DNA of 63,385 bases, the filler included, from Chrysochromulina tobinii (lineage: Eukaryota): the NCBI GenBank assembly GCA_001275005.1. It is 5 parts of 5 records of this genome, joined end to end, with 100 filler letters (N's around TTAATTAATTAA, not from the genome) between each part and the next. Parts side by side here need not be neighbours in the genome. Positions count along the whole stretch, not along the records: positions 1 to 24,909 come from JWZX01001303.1; 4 more parts are not named here. One strand, 5' to 3'. Below the pieces are notes generated by a model. That model was not told the DNA's origin. It made no database searches and saw only the letters and a program-made list of their open reading frames with translations. Every line of letters starts with the position of its first letter. Positions within the stretch are counted from its first letter, which is position 1. The translations under genes and the position numbers were made by a program. Of this stretch, positions 10,641 through 21,923 are shown one piece after another.

Positions 10641-12077
10641 TTATTGTTGAAAACGCGCGCATGGCTTCGCTTCGAGTCGCACCTCGTCCTCTCGCTCGGT
10701 CTCATACACAATGTGCCCTCGGAAGTCCGACTGTACGCGGTGTCGGCGCAGCTTGGTGGCCTTCTCAACCGCCCCAGGCACCCCGACTTCGGTAAACGTG
10801 GGTGCCCGGGCGGAGCACAGCTTGCAAGTCGCATTCATACGCCCCAAGTGGTTCACCTCGTAGCACCCTTGCGCCCACATGCGTGCCCCATCCTCGACGG
10901 CAGCAGGGCGACCTCCGTCGCCGCCGCCTGTGGCGGCAGGCGGCGGCGCCCACGCAGGCAGCGACAGCTTGGGTGCGTGGAGCCACGCAAACTTGGACTG
11001 CGCGAGATGGAGCAGCATCACCTCTTGCTCATTCACCTCGAGGGTAGAACCTCGGAGCTTGAGTCGCATCGCACCGCACGGACAGAACGAGCAGCCACTT
11101 GCATAGTCGGTGCACGTCTTCGCCTCGGCAAAGGGCATCTTGAGTCTCGAGAGCACCGCGCCACCCTCAACCTCGGCGAGCCTCGTGACCACGTCGCCCA
11201 TCGTCTCCCACCCCCGAGAGTAGTGGAACTCGCCCCACCACTCGTCGAAATGAGCGTAATCTCCCGACGAGATGACCCGTTTCCAATGTGGTGAGGTGCG
11301 GAAGAGGGAGGTGCCCCAGCCGACGCGGAAGGCTGTAAACGGACCCCACGCCTTCTTGCGCCATGGGTTGGGGTAGAGCGGGGTCACCACGTTCACCTGC
11401 TCGTCGTGATCGCACGGGCAGTAGTGCTTATGCGAGTACACGTTGACCATGTTGACGTTCCGTGGCTCGAGCTGGCCCGTCTGCTTGCCCTTGCTCAGTG
11501 GGATTTGGCAGCACGTCTGGGGAGTCAGGTTGCCGGCCGCCGCGGCGGCTGCCGCGCACTCCTCGCGCGCCTTGGCCGCGCCACGGCCACCGTCACCCTG
11601 GCGCGGAATGCAGCGGCAGCAAGCCGCATGCTTGCCACGCGAGGCCAGATTCATCCACTTGAGCAGGTTGCCGAAGACGACGTCGAGATCCGACCACGCC
11701 CACCACTCGTGACCGGCGGTGTGCTGCGGGTAGAGCTCCGCGGCGAGAGGCTTGATGTCGTTGCCCTTGTTGTAGTGCCCTGCGTACGTGTCGGCGTAAT
11801 GGACGCTGCTCGAATTCCCCGGCGTGATCAGATCGGAGAGCCGCTGCTGCATGGCCACGAAGCTCGTCTTTTCAAAGTGGACATTGGAAGGCAGCACCGC
11901 CGGCGCGTCCGCGTTTGTGATGACCACGAAGTCGACGAGCGCATTGACGTACATGGATTGCAGAGTGAGCGGCAGCCACGGAGGCAGCGGGCCAAAATAG
12001 ACAATGTAAACCACGAGCGGCTTGGCGGGCGTCATGTGCGCCTGCGCCAAACGTCGGGAGTCCGCGCAGCCCGGCAC
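10641..12077 (-). CDS. DUF6625-like putative glycosyltransferase
   Basis: IVYFGPLPPWLPLTLQSM..N..VDFVVITN, DIKPL, WWAWSDLDVVFGNL (DxD). The first ATG in frame is 12035; the true start is uncertain. Confidence 0.65.
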   Translation of the reverse strand: MPGCADSRRLAQAHMTPAKPLVVYIVYFGPLPPWLPLTLQSMYVNALVDFVVITNADAPAVLPSNVHFEKTSFVAMQQRLSDLITPGNSSSVHYADTYAGHYNKGNDIKPLAAELYPQHTAGHEWWAWSDLDVVFGNLLKWMNLASRGKHAACCRCIPRQGDGGRGAAKAREECAAAAAAAGNLTPQTCCQIPLSKGKQTGQLEPRNVNMVNVYSHKHYCPCDHDEQVNVVTPLYPNPWRKKAWGPFTAFRVGWGTSLFRTSPHWKRVISSGDYAHFDEWWGEFHYSRGWETMGDVVTRLAEVEGGAVLSRLKMPFAEAKTCTDYASGCSFCPCGAMRLKLRGSTLEVNEQEVMLLHLAQSKFAWLHAPKLSLPAWAPPPAATGGGDGGRPAAVEDGARMWAQGCYEVNHLGRMNATCKLCSARAPTFTEVGVPGAVEKATKLRRHRVQSDFRGHIVYETEREDEVRLEAKPCARFQQ

Positions 12078-12549
12078 AGCTCGCCAGCACCAGCCGTGCG
12101 ACGCGCTGCGCAGGCGCGGCCGTGCGACATGAGTTCAGCGCCGTTATGAGCACTTCGAACAGAAGATGGGGTGATTGCCTCGCCATAACTACTGTCCCCA
12201 CCGATTGTGTTACGACTGTGTTGCCGTAGACGGTCCCGTCGGTCACACCTCCGTCTATAGCGAAAGGCTACCCTCATGCTTCTGCTTGCAGGGGTCCGCG
12301 CGGAGTCCGCGGAGACAGTGTACCGCGATGTGACTTGTGTTGAACAGCAGCAGCCTAGACCTCACGCTTTTTTTGATCCCCTCCAAAAACTTCCGACCAC
12401 TGATACTGTCAGCAACACAGCAAGTCGAGCAAGTTGAGTCACGCACAGCGAGACTGACAAGTCCCTGGAGAGAGCCCTTGTTGTGTGCGGCGCGGCAGCA
12501 ATGGCGTTTGGCCGGCCTCCGGTGGGCGCATCGGCCGCCCGCGCCTCTC

Positions 12550-14505
12550 TCAATACGAGTGCCACTCCATGTCGGCGCCTTTGGGGGCGCTCGCGGCCCA
12601 GCGCTCCGCCATCCGTGGCACAAACTTGGTCACGTAGAGCTCGCGCGTGATCGCATTCGGCGCGATGGTCCCGTCGGGTAGGAAGCCGTTGAAGCAGTGC
12701 TCGTACCCCCGGCCATCGTGCGCACCAATGACGATCTCGCCGCCAAAGGGCGGGTCGAGTGTGGCGTTGGTCGCCCAGTCCTGCAGGTCCATGACCGCAT
12801 TCGTCAGGAAGAAGGTGTCCGAGGCGCCCACGAAGACATGTAGCTTGCCGCTCAGCTTTGCGCCCAGCCCGTGAGCCCACTCGCGCTTGAGCTTGTCCGT
12901 CATGTCGAAGTGTTCCTTCCAATACTGCGCGACCTGCGGGTCGATGGCGCCGTACTCACACGTGGTGTCGCGCGGATCCTTGCACCAGAGGCGCTTCGGG
13001 TAGCCATCCTCGCCGCGGGGGCCAAAGACTGCTTCCCAAATGTCCCACTGGCCACACGAGCGACTTCTCGGACCGAGCACGATCTCCCGACGGTTCATTT
13101 CCTCTACGGTGGCAGTCGTCTGGCCATAGGGCGAGCCGTACGTAGGGATCGACGTGCCCGGAATCACGGCCGTGCCCGAGTAGTGATCGCGCTGCCCCGG
13201 GCGCGCCGTCCGTTTAAACGGAGCGTCGTAGAAGTATGCGTTCTTCGCCTCGTAGATATTGACCGTGGTGTACGAGGTGAAACCGATCGGATCCGGGCAG
13301 GCGACGGCCGCGTAGTTGAAGTCGTCAGGGTAGAGGACCTGCACGGCAAAGCTCTCCCAGCCGCCTGTCGAGCCGCCCATCACGCCGCGCGCCCAGCCTG
13401 CCCCGAGCCCGCGGTACTGCCCCTCAATCGCCGGCAGCAGCTCCGTCATGATCGCAGAGCCGTACGGGCCGACGTTGACGCTGTCGACTGCGTAGCTGTC
13501 GTCGAAAAAGGGCACCTGTGCGCATGGGCAGCAGGGGGCGATGGGATGCGAGCGAGCGTCGGCAGGCAGGGAGGCATGGCAAGGGATGGCCACCCTTCCT
13601 CAGCAGAGAACGGTTGGTGGTGTGGCGCACACCGGGTGGTTGATAGTGACCATGAGCGCGCGTGCGCCCTTGAAGGGCCCCTCGGCGGACGTCCAGTTGC
13701 CATAGAGCCAATTAGCATACTGTTGGTCCACGAAGGCGTACCCGGTCAGGTTGGCCGAGGGCGGCGTCGGGTCGAACCGACCGCCAGGATTGAATGTGGC
13801 CGAGTAGTGGCCGTGTGCGATCGCGAGAGGGTACTTGGCGTTTGGATGCTCGTTGAAGCCGAACGGAAGGAGTACGCACGCCTCAAGCACGATGGGTTTG
13901 CCCCAAAACGCGCTGAGCAGCTTCGAGGTCACGCGCACCGTCTTGATCCACTCGGTGTCGGCGCCCTTGCCAGAGCAACCTGGAGAGGAAGGGTGCGGGT
14001 CGGCCAGCTCGGTCAGCGAGAGCGCGACCTCCGCGTCCACGTGGAGCGTCACCGTCTTGGGCTTTGAGTAGAGCGTGCCCGGCGGCAGGCCGTACGCGCC
14101 GTCGCCGCCCCCAGGCGACACGCACGTTGTCGGCAGCGTCACATTGACGCCGTCGCCACGCACAAACACCTCATAAAGGTTGAGGTCCGCTTGCATGCAG
14201 TACTCGCCATCTTCAAGGTTGAGGAGGGAGATGTACGGATAGCCGAGGGAATCGGCCGTAATCTTGACGCTCGCGCCCGGTGCCAGACCGCCGGCGGGCG
14301 TGTCCTCGCCAAAGACCTGTGCGGTGTCCTGATCGTCGCCGCAGCTCGTGATTGGTGGCGAGGCTCCCGGCCTGCACGCGCCCCGGAGGATGAAGACACG
14401 CACCCGGCCGAGGACGTTGCCATCGGACCGGTCGGCGGGCAGCGTGACAGTCACCGTCGATGACGCGGCGATCGCGATGGCGGTGGATATGAGGAAAGGC
14501 AGCAT
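12550..14505 (-). CDS. Secreted putative esterase (alpha/beta hydrolase, enterochelin-esterase-like); intron 13516-13632
   Basis: Signal peptide MLPFLISTAIAIAAS. Spliced INHP|VPFFDDSYAVDSVNVGPYG. Nucleophile motif GGSTGGW; VGASDTFFL; EHCF. Confidence 0.85.
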
Positions 14506-15243
14506 GGGGTACAGACTGTTGGTGCTGGCAGTGGGAGAGCCGAGAGAACTTTGTAACTTACTAAGCTACCTACGCATTGGCAGGACCCCCTGAATTGCGG
14601 TGGGGGAATTTGAAGGGGATGTCGGCGTGGGAGTAAGGCGGCATGCGGCATGGAACATGGAACGGCACCTGGTGACACGACGGGACCCGGGCATGGAAAC
14701 CTGCTTGTTCTCCTCGTTGCTTGTTCTTCCCGTTGCTTGTCGTGGGCTCGGTGCTCGTCGTCAGTCCTTACTGTCGGGGCTTGAGCCCCTCCGGTCTCAT
14801 GTTGTCTGTTTCATATCGTCGTTCACAGTTCTCGCCACGACCTGGAACCATCATTGGCGCTTTTCCATGGACGTGTCGTCCCGCGCACTCTCAAGGCGGC
14901 CGCCGTGTACACGCTGTTCGTTCTCTTCTCCGGACCGTGACGCTCCCCGGGCCTTTGGCAAAGCCCTCAGTCAGGGCACCACCTCTCGCGCTCCGGGGCT
15001 GTTTCCGCCTAATAGTAGGTACTTTCCGCCTCAGGTCGCGGATCATCCCCCCGATTCCGCGAGTTTTGAGACTCTGCCTATGTTAAGTAGGCGATGCGGA
15101 CTCCATAAAGTGCCACTTCACGCACACACACAATGACCGCAAGGTTGACATAGTTGCTCCCCCCGAGCTTGCGCCTCCCTCACGTAGCCAACATTTTTTC
15201 ACCGCATTGGCGCCATACTGGGCGCCTCCGCGGTTTTTCGCAA

Positions 15244-16392
15244 ATGACTGGCTCACTACCAGACGATACGGCGCTGCTCTTGCTGCCGCTGCTGCTGTTG
15301 CTGCTGCTCATCGGGTTTGCCTGCGTCTCCACCTTTGCACGCAACCAACGCGAGACGATCACGGCCGCAACGTTCCGCAGCCGCCACGCCGCAGCTCACG
15401 GTTATGATGTTGCGTTGCTCTCCCACGGGATCACAGCCTTCCAGACAGTTGGCATGCAGAGTGGCGCTTCGCACCAAACGCCCATAATGATCGTGCACGG
15501 TGCGACCATAGCGTCGCTCGCGTACTTGCCCCTCGCACGCGCGTTTGCGACACACGGCTACCGCGTGCTTGTTTATGATGGTTTTGGAAGGGGCTTCTCC
15601 GATCGCCTGGGCCAGTGCAGCCTGGGGTCTCGGCCAGGGCCTCGGCCGGTGAGCATGGATGTGCTCGTGGGTCAGCTGCTCGAGCTGCTCGATCACCTGG
15701 CCATCGAACGCACGGTGCTCTACGGCACCAGCCTCGGCGCCGCCATCATCGCTTGCTTCGCGGCTCGCCACCCAGAGCGCGTGCTGGCGTGCGGCTTCGA
15801 GGCGCCGCTCATCCGGCCGCCGCCCTCCCACAAGCTCACGCTTCTTGCCGTGGCGGCACGCGTGCTGCCGCCGCTTGCGCGCTGGCTCGGGCGCGTTGCC
15901 ATGGTCCCCGCGATGCGTGCGCGTGGCGACTCGTTTGGCGACGACGTGGAGGCGCGTGTACTGTCGGATCGGTTTCGCGATCAGTTCGAGGTGCTCGGGC
16001 ACGAGGCCGACCTCCTCTCACTGCTCACTGGCAACGCGGTGCGCGGCGACCGCACGCAGGACCATGTGGCCATCGGTGCGCGTGCCCTGCCTGTCTCGTT
16101 TGCATACGCCCTCAGTGACGCCGAGATGCCCCGTGCGCTCGTCGAGCGCACCATCGCGCTGCACCCGCAGCCGGTAGTGAGCGCGTATGAGGGCGGGCAC
16201 TTTTTCAGCAATGGGCGGCAGGTTGAGCTTGCAAGGGTCTTTGACGCGTTCCTTCGTGGGGCGCTCCATGCACGTGACTTTATGAAATCACGGTCCGTGA
16301 TTTCGCACTCAGCGCCCCGGCCAGCAGATGCGCCAGTTCCGGTGGCGGCAGTGCGGAGGCGGCTGAGCCGTAGCCCACTCAGATACAAGTGA
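15244..16392 (+). CDS. Alpha/beta hydrolase with N-terminal membrane anchor
   Basis: IVHG, YDGFGRGFSDR, GTSLG nucleophile elbow, GGHFF, and a poly-Leu anchor. Confidence 0.85.
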   Translation: MTGSLPDDTALLLLPLLLLLLLIGFACVSTFARNQRETITAATFRSRHAAAHGYDVALLSHGITAFQTVGMQSGASHQTPIMIVHGATIASLAYLPLARAFATHGYRVLVYDGFGRGFSDRLGQCSLGSRPGPRPVSMDVLVGQLLELLDHLAIERTVLYGTSLGAAIIACFAARHPERVLACGFEAPLIRPPPSHKLTLLAVAARVLPPLARWLGRVAMVPAMRARGDSFGDDVEARVLSDRFRDQFEVLGHEADLLSLLTGNAVRGDRTQDHVAIGARALPVSFAYALSDAEMPRALVERTIALHPQPVVSAYEGGHFFSNGRQVELARVFDAFLRGALHARDFMKSRSVISHSAPRPADAPVPVAAVRRRLSRSPLRYK

Positions 16393-17015
16393 GATCGGAT
16401 GGGGTAGACGCAAGATGGTGGGCCTGCGAGCAATGGCAGCCAGAGCGGTGCGCGGCAGGTACGAGGAGCGCTCAGAGAGAGGCCGAGCGGCGCGGCCAGG
16501 AACGGCGCGCGTATTCAGCCCACCGCACGCCTCACCAGCTAGCAGCTTTCAATGCGTCGGATAGTATCATGTGGGCAAATTAAAGTGAAAGACAGTGTGG
16601 TCTCCCTGAGTATGCTGTATGCTTAAAGTTGTGGCACTTGGAAGAGTTGGCGAACATGGTACATGGGTCATGGGCCCGAGATGCGTGGCGTGAAATGCGC
16701 GTATCCGGAATCCGCTGTCCCGTGTCCGCGGACCGCGCCGTATGCGTATCGTATGTATCGGCAGACTGTCCGCCCGTGCGGTGGGAACCTTCGGCCACGC
16801 CCCACGCGGTCGCGTCCCGACCCTGCTGCAGCAAAGTCGTACATGCCCTTGCGTACATTGCCAAACATGCCATGCATGCCCTTGTCGTACATGCTGTGCG
16901 TACTACTTTGGCGAAATGAGCCGCGCTCTGACCCCGTGCTCGGCGACTCCGGAGCCTATCCCGTTTTCGAAGGGAGGTTGGGATGTGTGTGGAAGCGAAT
17001 CTGCATTCGTCGTCC

Positions 17016-17735
17016 TCATGGCGTCCAAGGCCCCGCCTCAAACGGCTTGGAGTCCCAGCGATCCCTTGGCTTCTTCTTGGGCGTCTTGGCTTCTGTGAGC
17101 CTCGGGGACGATGGGCGTGTTGCGGCGCGGGAGCGGTGCTGAGAGAGGGTGACGGTATCGCCCTTGTAGAAGGTCTGCGCCCACGGCACGAGCGCGTCCG
17201 AGTAGTCTTCGGGCAGCACGCCTGAGTCGAAGGCATAACCGCCGTCGACCGAATACTTGACGATCCGCCGTGCCATATCCACAAACACCTCCACCCTTCG
17301 GGTCACTGCGCACTCTCGGTAGTTGGTGCCACCAATGGTGGCTGGTGGCTTGTCTGTGAGCATACCACCGAGTTGGCGATCGCGCGCTTCAGCGCTGTCC
17401 ATGCCGCGCCCGACATAGACCGCGCACCCATCCACCAGACGGATGCCCCAGCGATCTCGGCCGTCGGAACTCGCAACTCCCACGCGCATGCCGCAGCCGC
17501 TAGAGCGCTGGCTGTTAACCTCGAACACGAAGTGGTGCTCACCGGTCTTCATGATGCGGCCGCCGAAGGCATCGTCGGGCTGATTGACACGCGACTGCCG
17601 CGAGTGCACCAATTTGCTTTGAGGTTTATAGCCCTGTCGCGGATCAGGAATGCTCTCCGTCTTGAAGTGGTTGTCGGCTTCGGCTACCCAGTTGGACGTT
17701 TTAGGCTTCCATGAGTGCGGCGAGGAAAGTGGCAT
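17016..17735 (-). CDS. Hypothetical protein with possible SPRY/B30.2-like beta-sandwich
   Basis: About 240-aa ORF; GEHHFVFEV..GMRVGVA..VEVFVDM..KYSVDG..LVPWAQ pattern is SPRY-like. Confidence 0.5.
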   Translation of the reverse strand: MPLSSPHSWKPKTSNWVAEADNHFKTESIPDPRQGYKPQSKLVHSRQSRVNQPDDAFGGRIMKTGEHHFVFEVNSQRSSGCGMRVGVASSDGRDRWGIRLVDGCAVYVGRGMDSAEARDRQLGGMLTDKPPATIGGTNYRECAVTRRVEVFVDMARRIVKYSVDGGYAFDSGVLPEDYSDALVPWAQTFYKGDTVTLSQHRSRAATRPSSPRLTEAKTPKKKPRDRWDSKPFEAGPWTP

Positions 17736-18063
17736 GGCAAGAGCTGGTACCGGTAAGTTCTGAGTGGGTCGTCTCGACTCACGGCGCTTTCCCGTCGCGA
17801 GGACACGCGCTCGTGAGTGCGCCACACCGCCGTCGAGATTCTTCCGTTTCGCGGGCGCGGAATTTGAGGACTTTGTTTGGTTTGGATTCTCTCAAGGGTT
17901 AGGGTTCGCCTCGAGATACGGGTGCCGGCGCGCAACACTGTGTCCCTCCAGAAGGCGAAAGGGCACACATCAGCGCCCTCATGCGCCCCTCGATCGTGGT
18001 ATGTCGTGTGTGCTGCGCATGCAAAACGTGGAGTGTAGGGCAGCTCGCTTGCCAATGCATGCC

Positions 18064-18623
18064 TCATTTATCCTCTCCCGCTCCTGTTGCGTTGAGCGGT
18101 GCGCTGCTGGCCGCAACCGCCCGCAATGCCCGAACCGCCGTTTCCCACACACTGAGCTTCTCGTCGTCGCCGGCACGGCCGCCCAACGGCAGGTCCCTTC
18201 GGAGCGAGAACGAAGTTTCGTCAAGGAAGAGGCAAGCGCCGAGCTGGCAGGCGAGCTCTCGTGTCTCGAGGATGGTCACTGACGCACCCCCCGCCAAGAG
18301 CGCCTGCTGCTCGCGTGTGGAGCTCGCGCGCGTGTAGATCGGTGCCTCCGGGAAGGCGGCGCGTAGCCGGCTGGTTGCGGCGAGGCAGCGAGCCGGCTCC
18401 TGATACGTCACAATGATGGCACGTGGACTGCTCACGCCCGTTAACCGCACGAGCTCCGCGTTTGCGCCGTCGCCATACATGACGAGAGCGCCATCCCGAG
18501 TGCGGATGCGTGGGAGCCGCTGCGGATTCAAGTCGAAGCAGACGATTGACGCCCCGCCGCTGCCGCTGCCGCTGCCGCTGCTCGCGCTGCTGCGCTCTCG
18601 GGCGCCGCCGCCGCTGCTGCCGC

Positions 18624-18656
<33 letters not shown>

Positions 18657-20753
18657 CGCCATCAGTCGTCGCTGCGATCGTTGCCACGGCCGTGAGCGCC
18701 TCGCCTTCTCCCTCGCGAATGACTGCTTCCGCAGCTTCCAGAAGCGTGTCGCTCACCAACGATCCCACCTCGCCGTAGCCGCAGATTACGATCGCATCGT
18801 GCGCCGCATGTAGCGGCGCCGCCCTCGTAGCTTCGCCGGCGACGTTGGCGGCGATGACGTCGCTGGCCGCCGCCCTCATAGCGCCCTGCCCACGTTCCGC
18901 ACTCGCGTCCGGCAGGTCGGCGGCGAGGGTCCATCCGGGGTAGGTGCGCATCGACTCGAATGGCTCGCTGAGCGAAGCCGCGAGCCCGCCGAGCAGCGGG
19001 GTGATCGACATGGTGATGAGGATGATGGTGGTCAGCAGCGCATTCAGCTCGTCTGGCAGGGCCCCCAGCTTATCGGCTGCGGCGAAGATGACGAATGCGA
19101 ACTCGCCGCCGCCCGAGAGCAGCACGGCAAGGCGCACATTCTCAGCGGGCGACAGGCTGGTCGCGGTGGGCAGCGCCTTGTCGATGTAGCCCGCAAGGAA
19201 GAGGGTGAGCGCCTTGAGCACGAGGAGGAACACGACGCCGGTGGCGATCGTCGGTCCTTCACGCACCAAGAGATCCGGGTCGAAGTTGGAGCCAGCATCC
19301 AAGAAGAAGATTCCTAGCAAGATGCCCTTAAAGGGAAGGATCGACGCGAAGATCTCGTACTTGTAGTTCGAGTTCGCAAGCAGCACGCCAGCCGCAAAGG
19401 CGCCGGCGGTGTCGGTGAGGCCCAAGTCCTTGGCCACTGCACCCATGCCCGCCGCTACAAAGAGAGACAAGGCCACAAACGTGTCCGACGAGCGCGAGGA
19501 CGCGACCACCTCGAAGAGCCGACGGAGCAGCCACGAACCGATGACGAGGACGGACCCAAATCCCAGGGTGGCCTTGGCAGTCAGCTCGGCGACGGCGCCG
19601 GGGTCGGTGACGCCCTGCCCGACGATAAAGGGCAGGAGCACGAGGAGCGGTGCGACGAAGAGGTCCTGCAGCAGCAAGATGGAGGTGGCCGCCTGGCCTA
19701 CAGTCTCCTCCTCCCACCCGCGCTCCTTGATGACGGGGAAGATGAAGGCTGAGGTGGAGAGGGTGCCGGCGAGGGCGAGCACGAGAGCTTCGGACGGGTT
19801 GTTGATGTTGATGAGGCCGGCATCGAGTGGAAGGAAGCGCTCAAGAGCTTGGGCGATGCCGCCAAGGATGGCAAAGCTCAGCACGCCGGAGGTCATCGAG
19901 ATCTGGGCGAGATTCCAAGCGAGATTCCAAGCGAGATTCCATGCGTTACAGCCAGACGCACGAGTCAGACGCATCCTCGGGCGCAATCAAACGCAATCAA
20001 ACGCAATCAAACGCAATCCGCCGCCATCACCTGCGCCAGCCCGAGCGGCACAAAGGTTGCGAGCTGCCCGAGCCTCTCCGAGGTGACCTCGAGTCCCTCG
20101 ATGAAGAGGAGGAAGAGGATGCCAAAGTCGCCGAGCTCGACGGCGGCGCCTGTGGAGGTGAACACGTCCAGGCAGTGCGGCCCGAGCAGCGCGCCGAAGA
20201 GCAGATACGTGAGAATCGGCGTCACCTTGAGCACTCGTGCAAGCGGCGCCGCGACCGAGGCACAGCCGAGGAAGACGAGCATATCGTGGCCAATCGAGTC
20301 CATGACCGCCTTCTCGATGGTCGAAGTGGCGGAGATGGCATTGCGCGAGAGGCCCTCCACGCCACCCTCGGTCACGTCCTCGAGCACGGTGATCACGTCG
20401 CGGTCTAGTATGGAGAGCCCGCTAAGCTCGTTCTGACGCAGGGCGCTGCCCGCGTCGAGCGCCCTGGTGAGCGTCTCGCTCATCGAATTAGCGTTGGCCT
20501 GCACGGCCCCGAGCTTGGCAGCTGCGGAGTCTCCCACGGCGGCGATTCCTTCCAAAAGGACTCCAAACGGACCCCAAGGGTCTGGCCCACCCACCGCGAG
20601 GAGCTGCGTAGGCAGGGTGGCAGCCACGTGCTCCATCGGCAGCAGCGCCTTCGGACGCCGTCCACGCTCGCAGCAGCGTGGGCGCACAGTGCACGGTAGC
20701 GTGGGCGGTGACCACGCCGCCAGCGCGGGCAGAAGCAGCGCGACACCCGCCAT
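18064..20753 (-). CDS. KEA/KefC-type (CPA2) K+/H+ antiporter with KTN/TrkA-N domain, probably plastid-targeted; intron 19903-20030
   Basis: Signal-like N-terminus; many TM helices (GILFLLFIEGLEV, LSTSAF, ILLLQDL, GAFAAGVLLA, GGEFAFVI); C-terminal IVICGYGEVG..YGDG. Phase-0 GT-AG intron joins GLAQ|ISMT. Confidence 0.9.
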
Positions 20754-21923
20754 TGTGGCCTTCGGGCGATGGAAATGCAAAGAGAACTCTTGGGAGATTG
20801 GGAACTCTTATTAGATTCTTCAAGTTTGCGAGCTCGGTCGGAGATGCGTGCGCCGAACCCGCAACCGATAACGAGAACATTGTACAGGCAAAGGATCTTA
20901 CCCCCCACCTCTGTAACACTCCGGTATTTGCTTCAGTACATGAACAAACATTGTTCGGCGGTCTCGCTCACGCGCCGCGCGGCGCCCGGCGGGCCTGTCG
21001 CCTGAGCTCATTGGCCGCGCTCTCGCCATGACTGCACTACATGTATATGGCTCTTCAAGCGGGTTCTCGTGCAGCGCGGCACATTAATTTCGGAGGTCGC
21101 TTTCGTTCGTTTGACTTGAAGTAAGGGTGTGCGTGTCGGTGTCACGGTGAGTTCGAGTGGCTCGGTAATTTTACATTCTGCGGAAGACCCTGAAAATTAA
21201 ATCGACAAATATCGACTAATTTAGGGTGCAGGGTATGGTCTATAGAGTTTGGTCGTTAGGAGCGCTCAAGCTCTGCGACCTGTGCCATGTGAATGGGCAC
21301 AGGGTTAGCATATTACCATGCTATAGGGACATACTCGGTATTGGGCCCAACCGATCCTAGGTACTTGCATCTCGCGCTTCCGGGGTCGCACGCGAACTGA
21401 GCAAGGCCCGAGATGATTGCACCAGGGAGCGCAAGGCGCGTACCAGGGATGCCAAGGAACGCTCGACGCGTCGGATGGCAATGGGCCGCGAGCCTGCGAC
21501 CAACCTTACGACCGCACCTACGGCGAACCTTTCCTTGCCGTACCTCCCGATACCCCCCTGCGGTACTACGCCAATGCCCGCCCTCCACTTGTACGATGTG
21601 GAGCTCGAGTACAGCCGCTCCGCTATGACAAGCGCTCTCGAGTGTATGGTTCCGACGACCAACGCCGCGCTGGTACTCGCCTACGGCCGCCACTACGTGC
21701 ACGTCGCCACCGACCGCCTACGTGCCCTCCGAGTGGAGTGCACCATCGCGAGAGGTTCCGAGAAATGCACTGCGTATCGCCGCTAGGCAGACGCACAGGA
21801 CACTAAGAAACGATCGTTGAAGGCGAGGGCCAGCTGGATTGCGCTGCGCTTCGACGACGGTGCTGGCGTTGTGTTCCTTATAGTACCCGAGTTCGGATTT
21901 GAGGTGCTCGACGACATCTGCTG

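Noticed and set aside
17896..17907. Telomere-like AGGGTTAGGGTT
   Set aside because: Only two units, at an internal position; likely chance.
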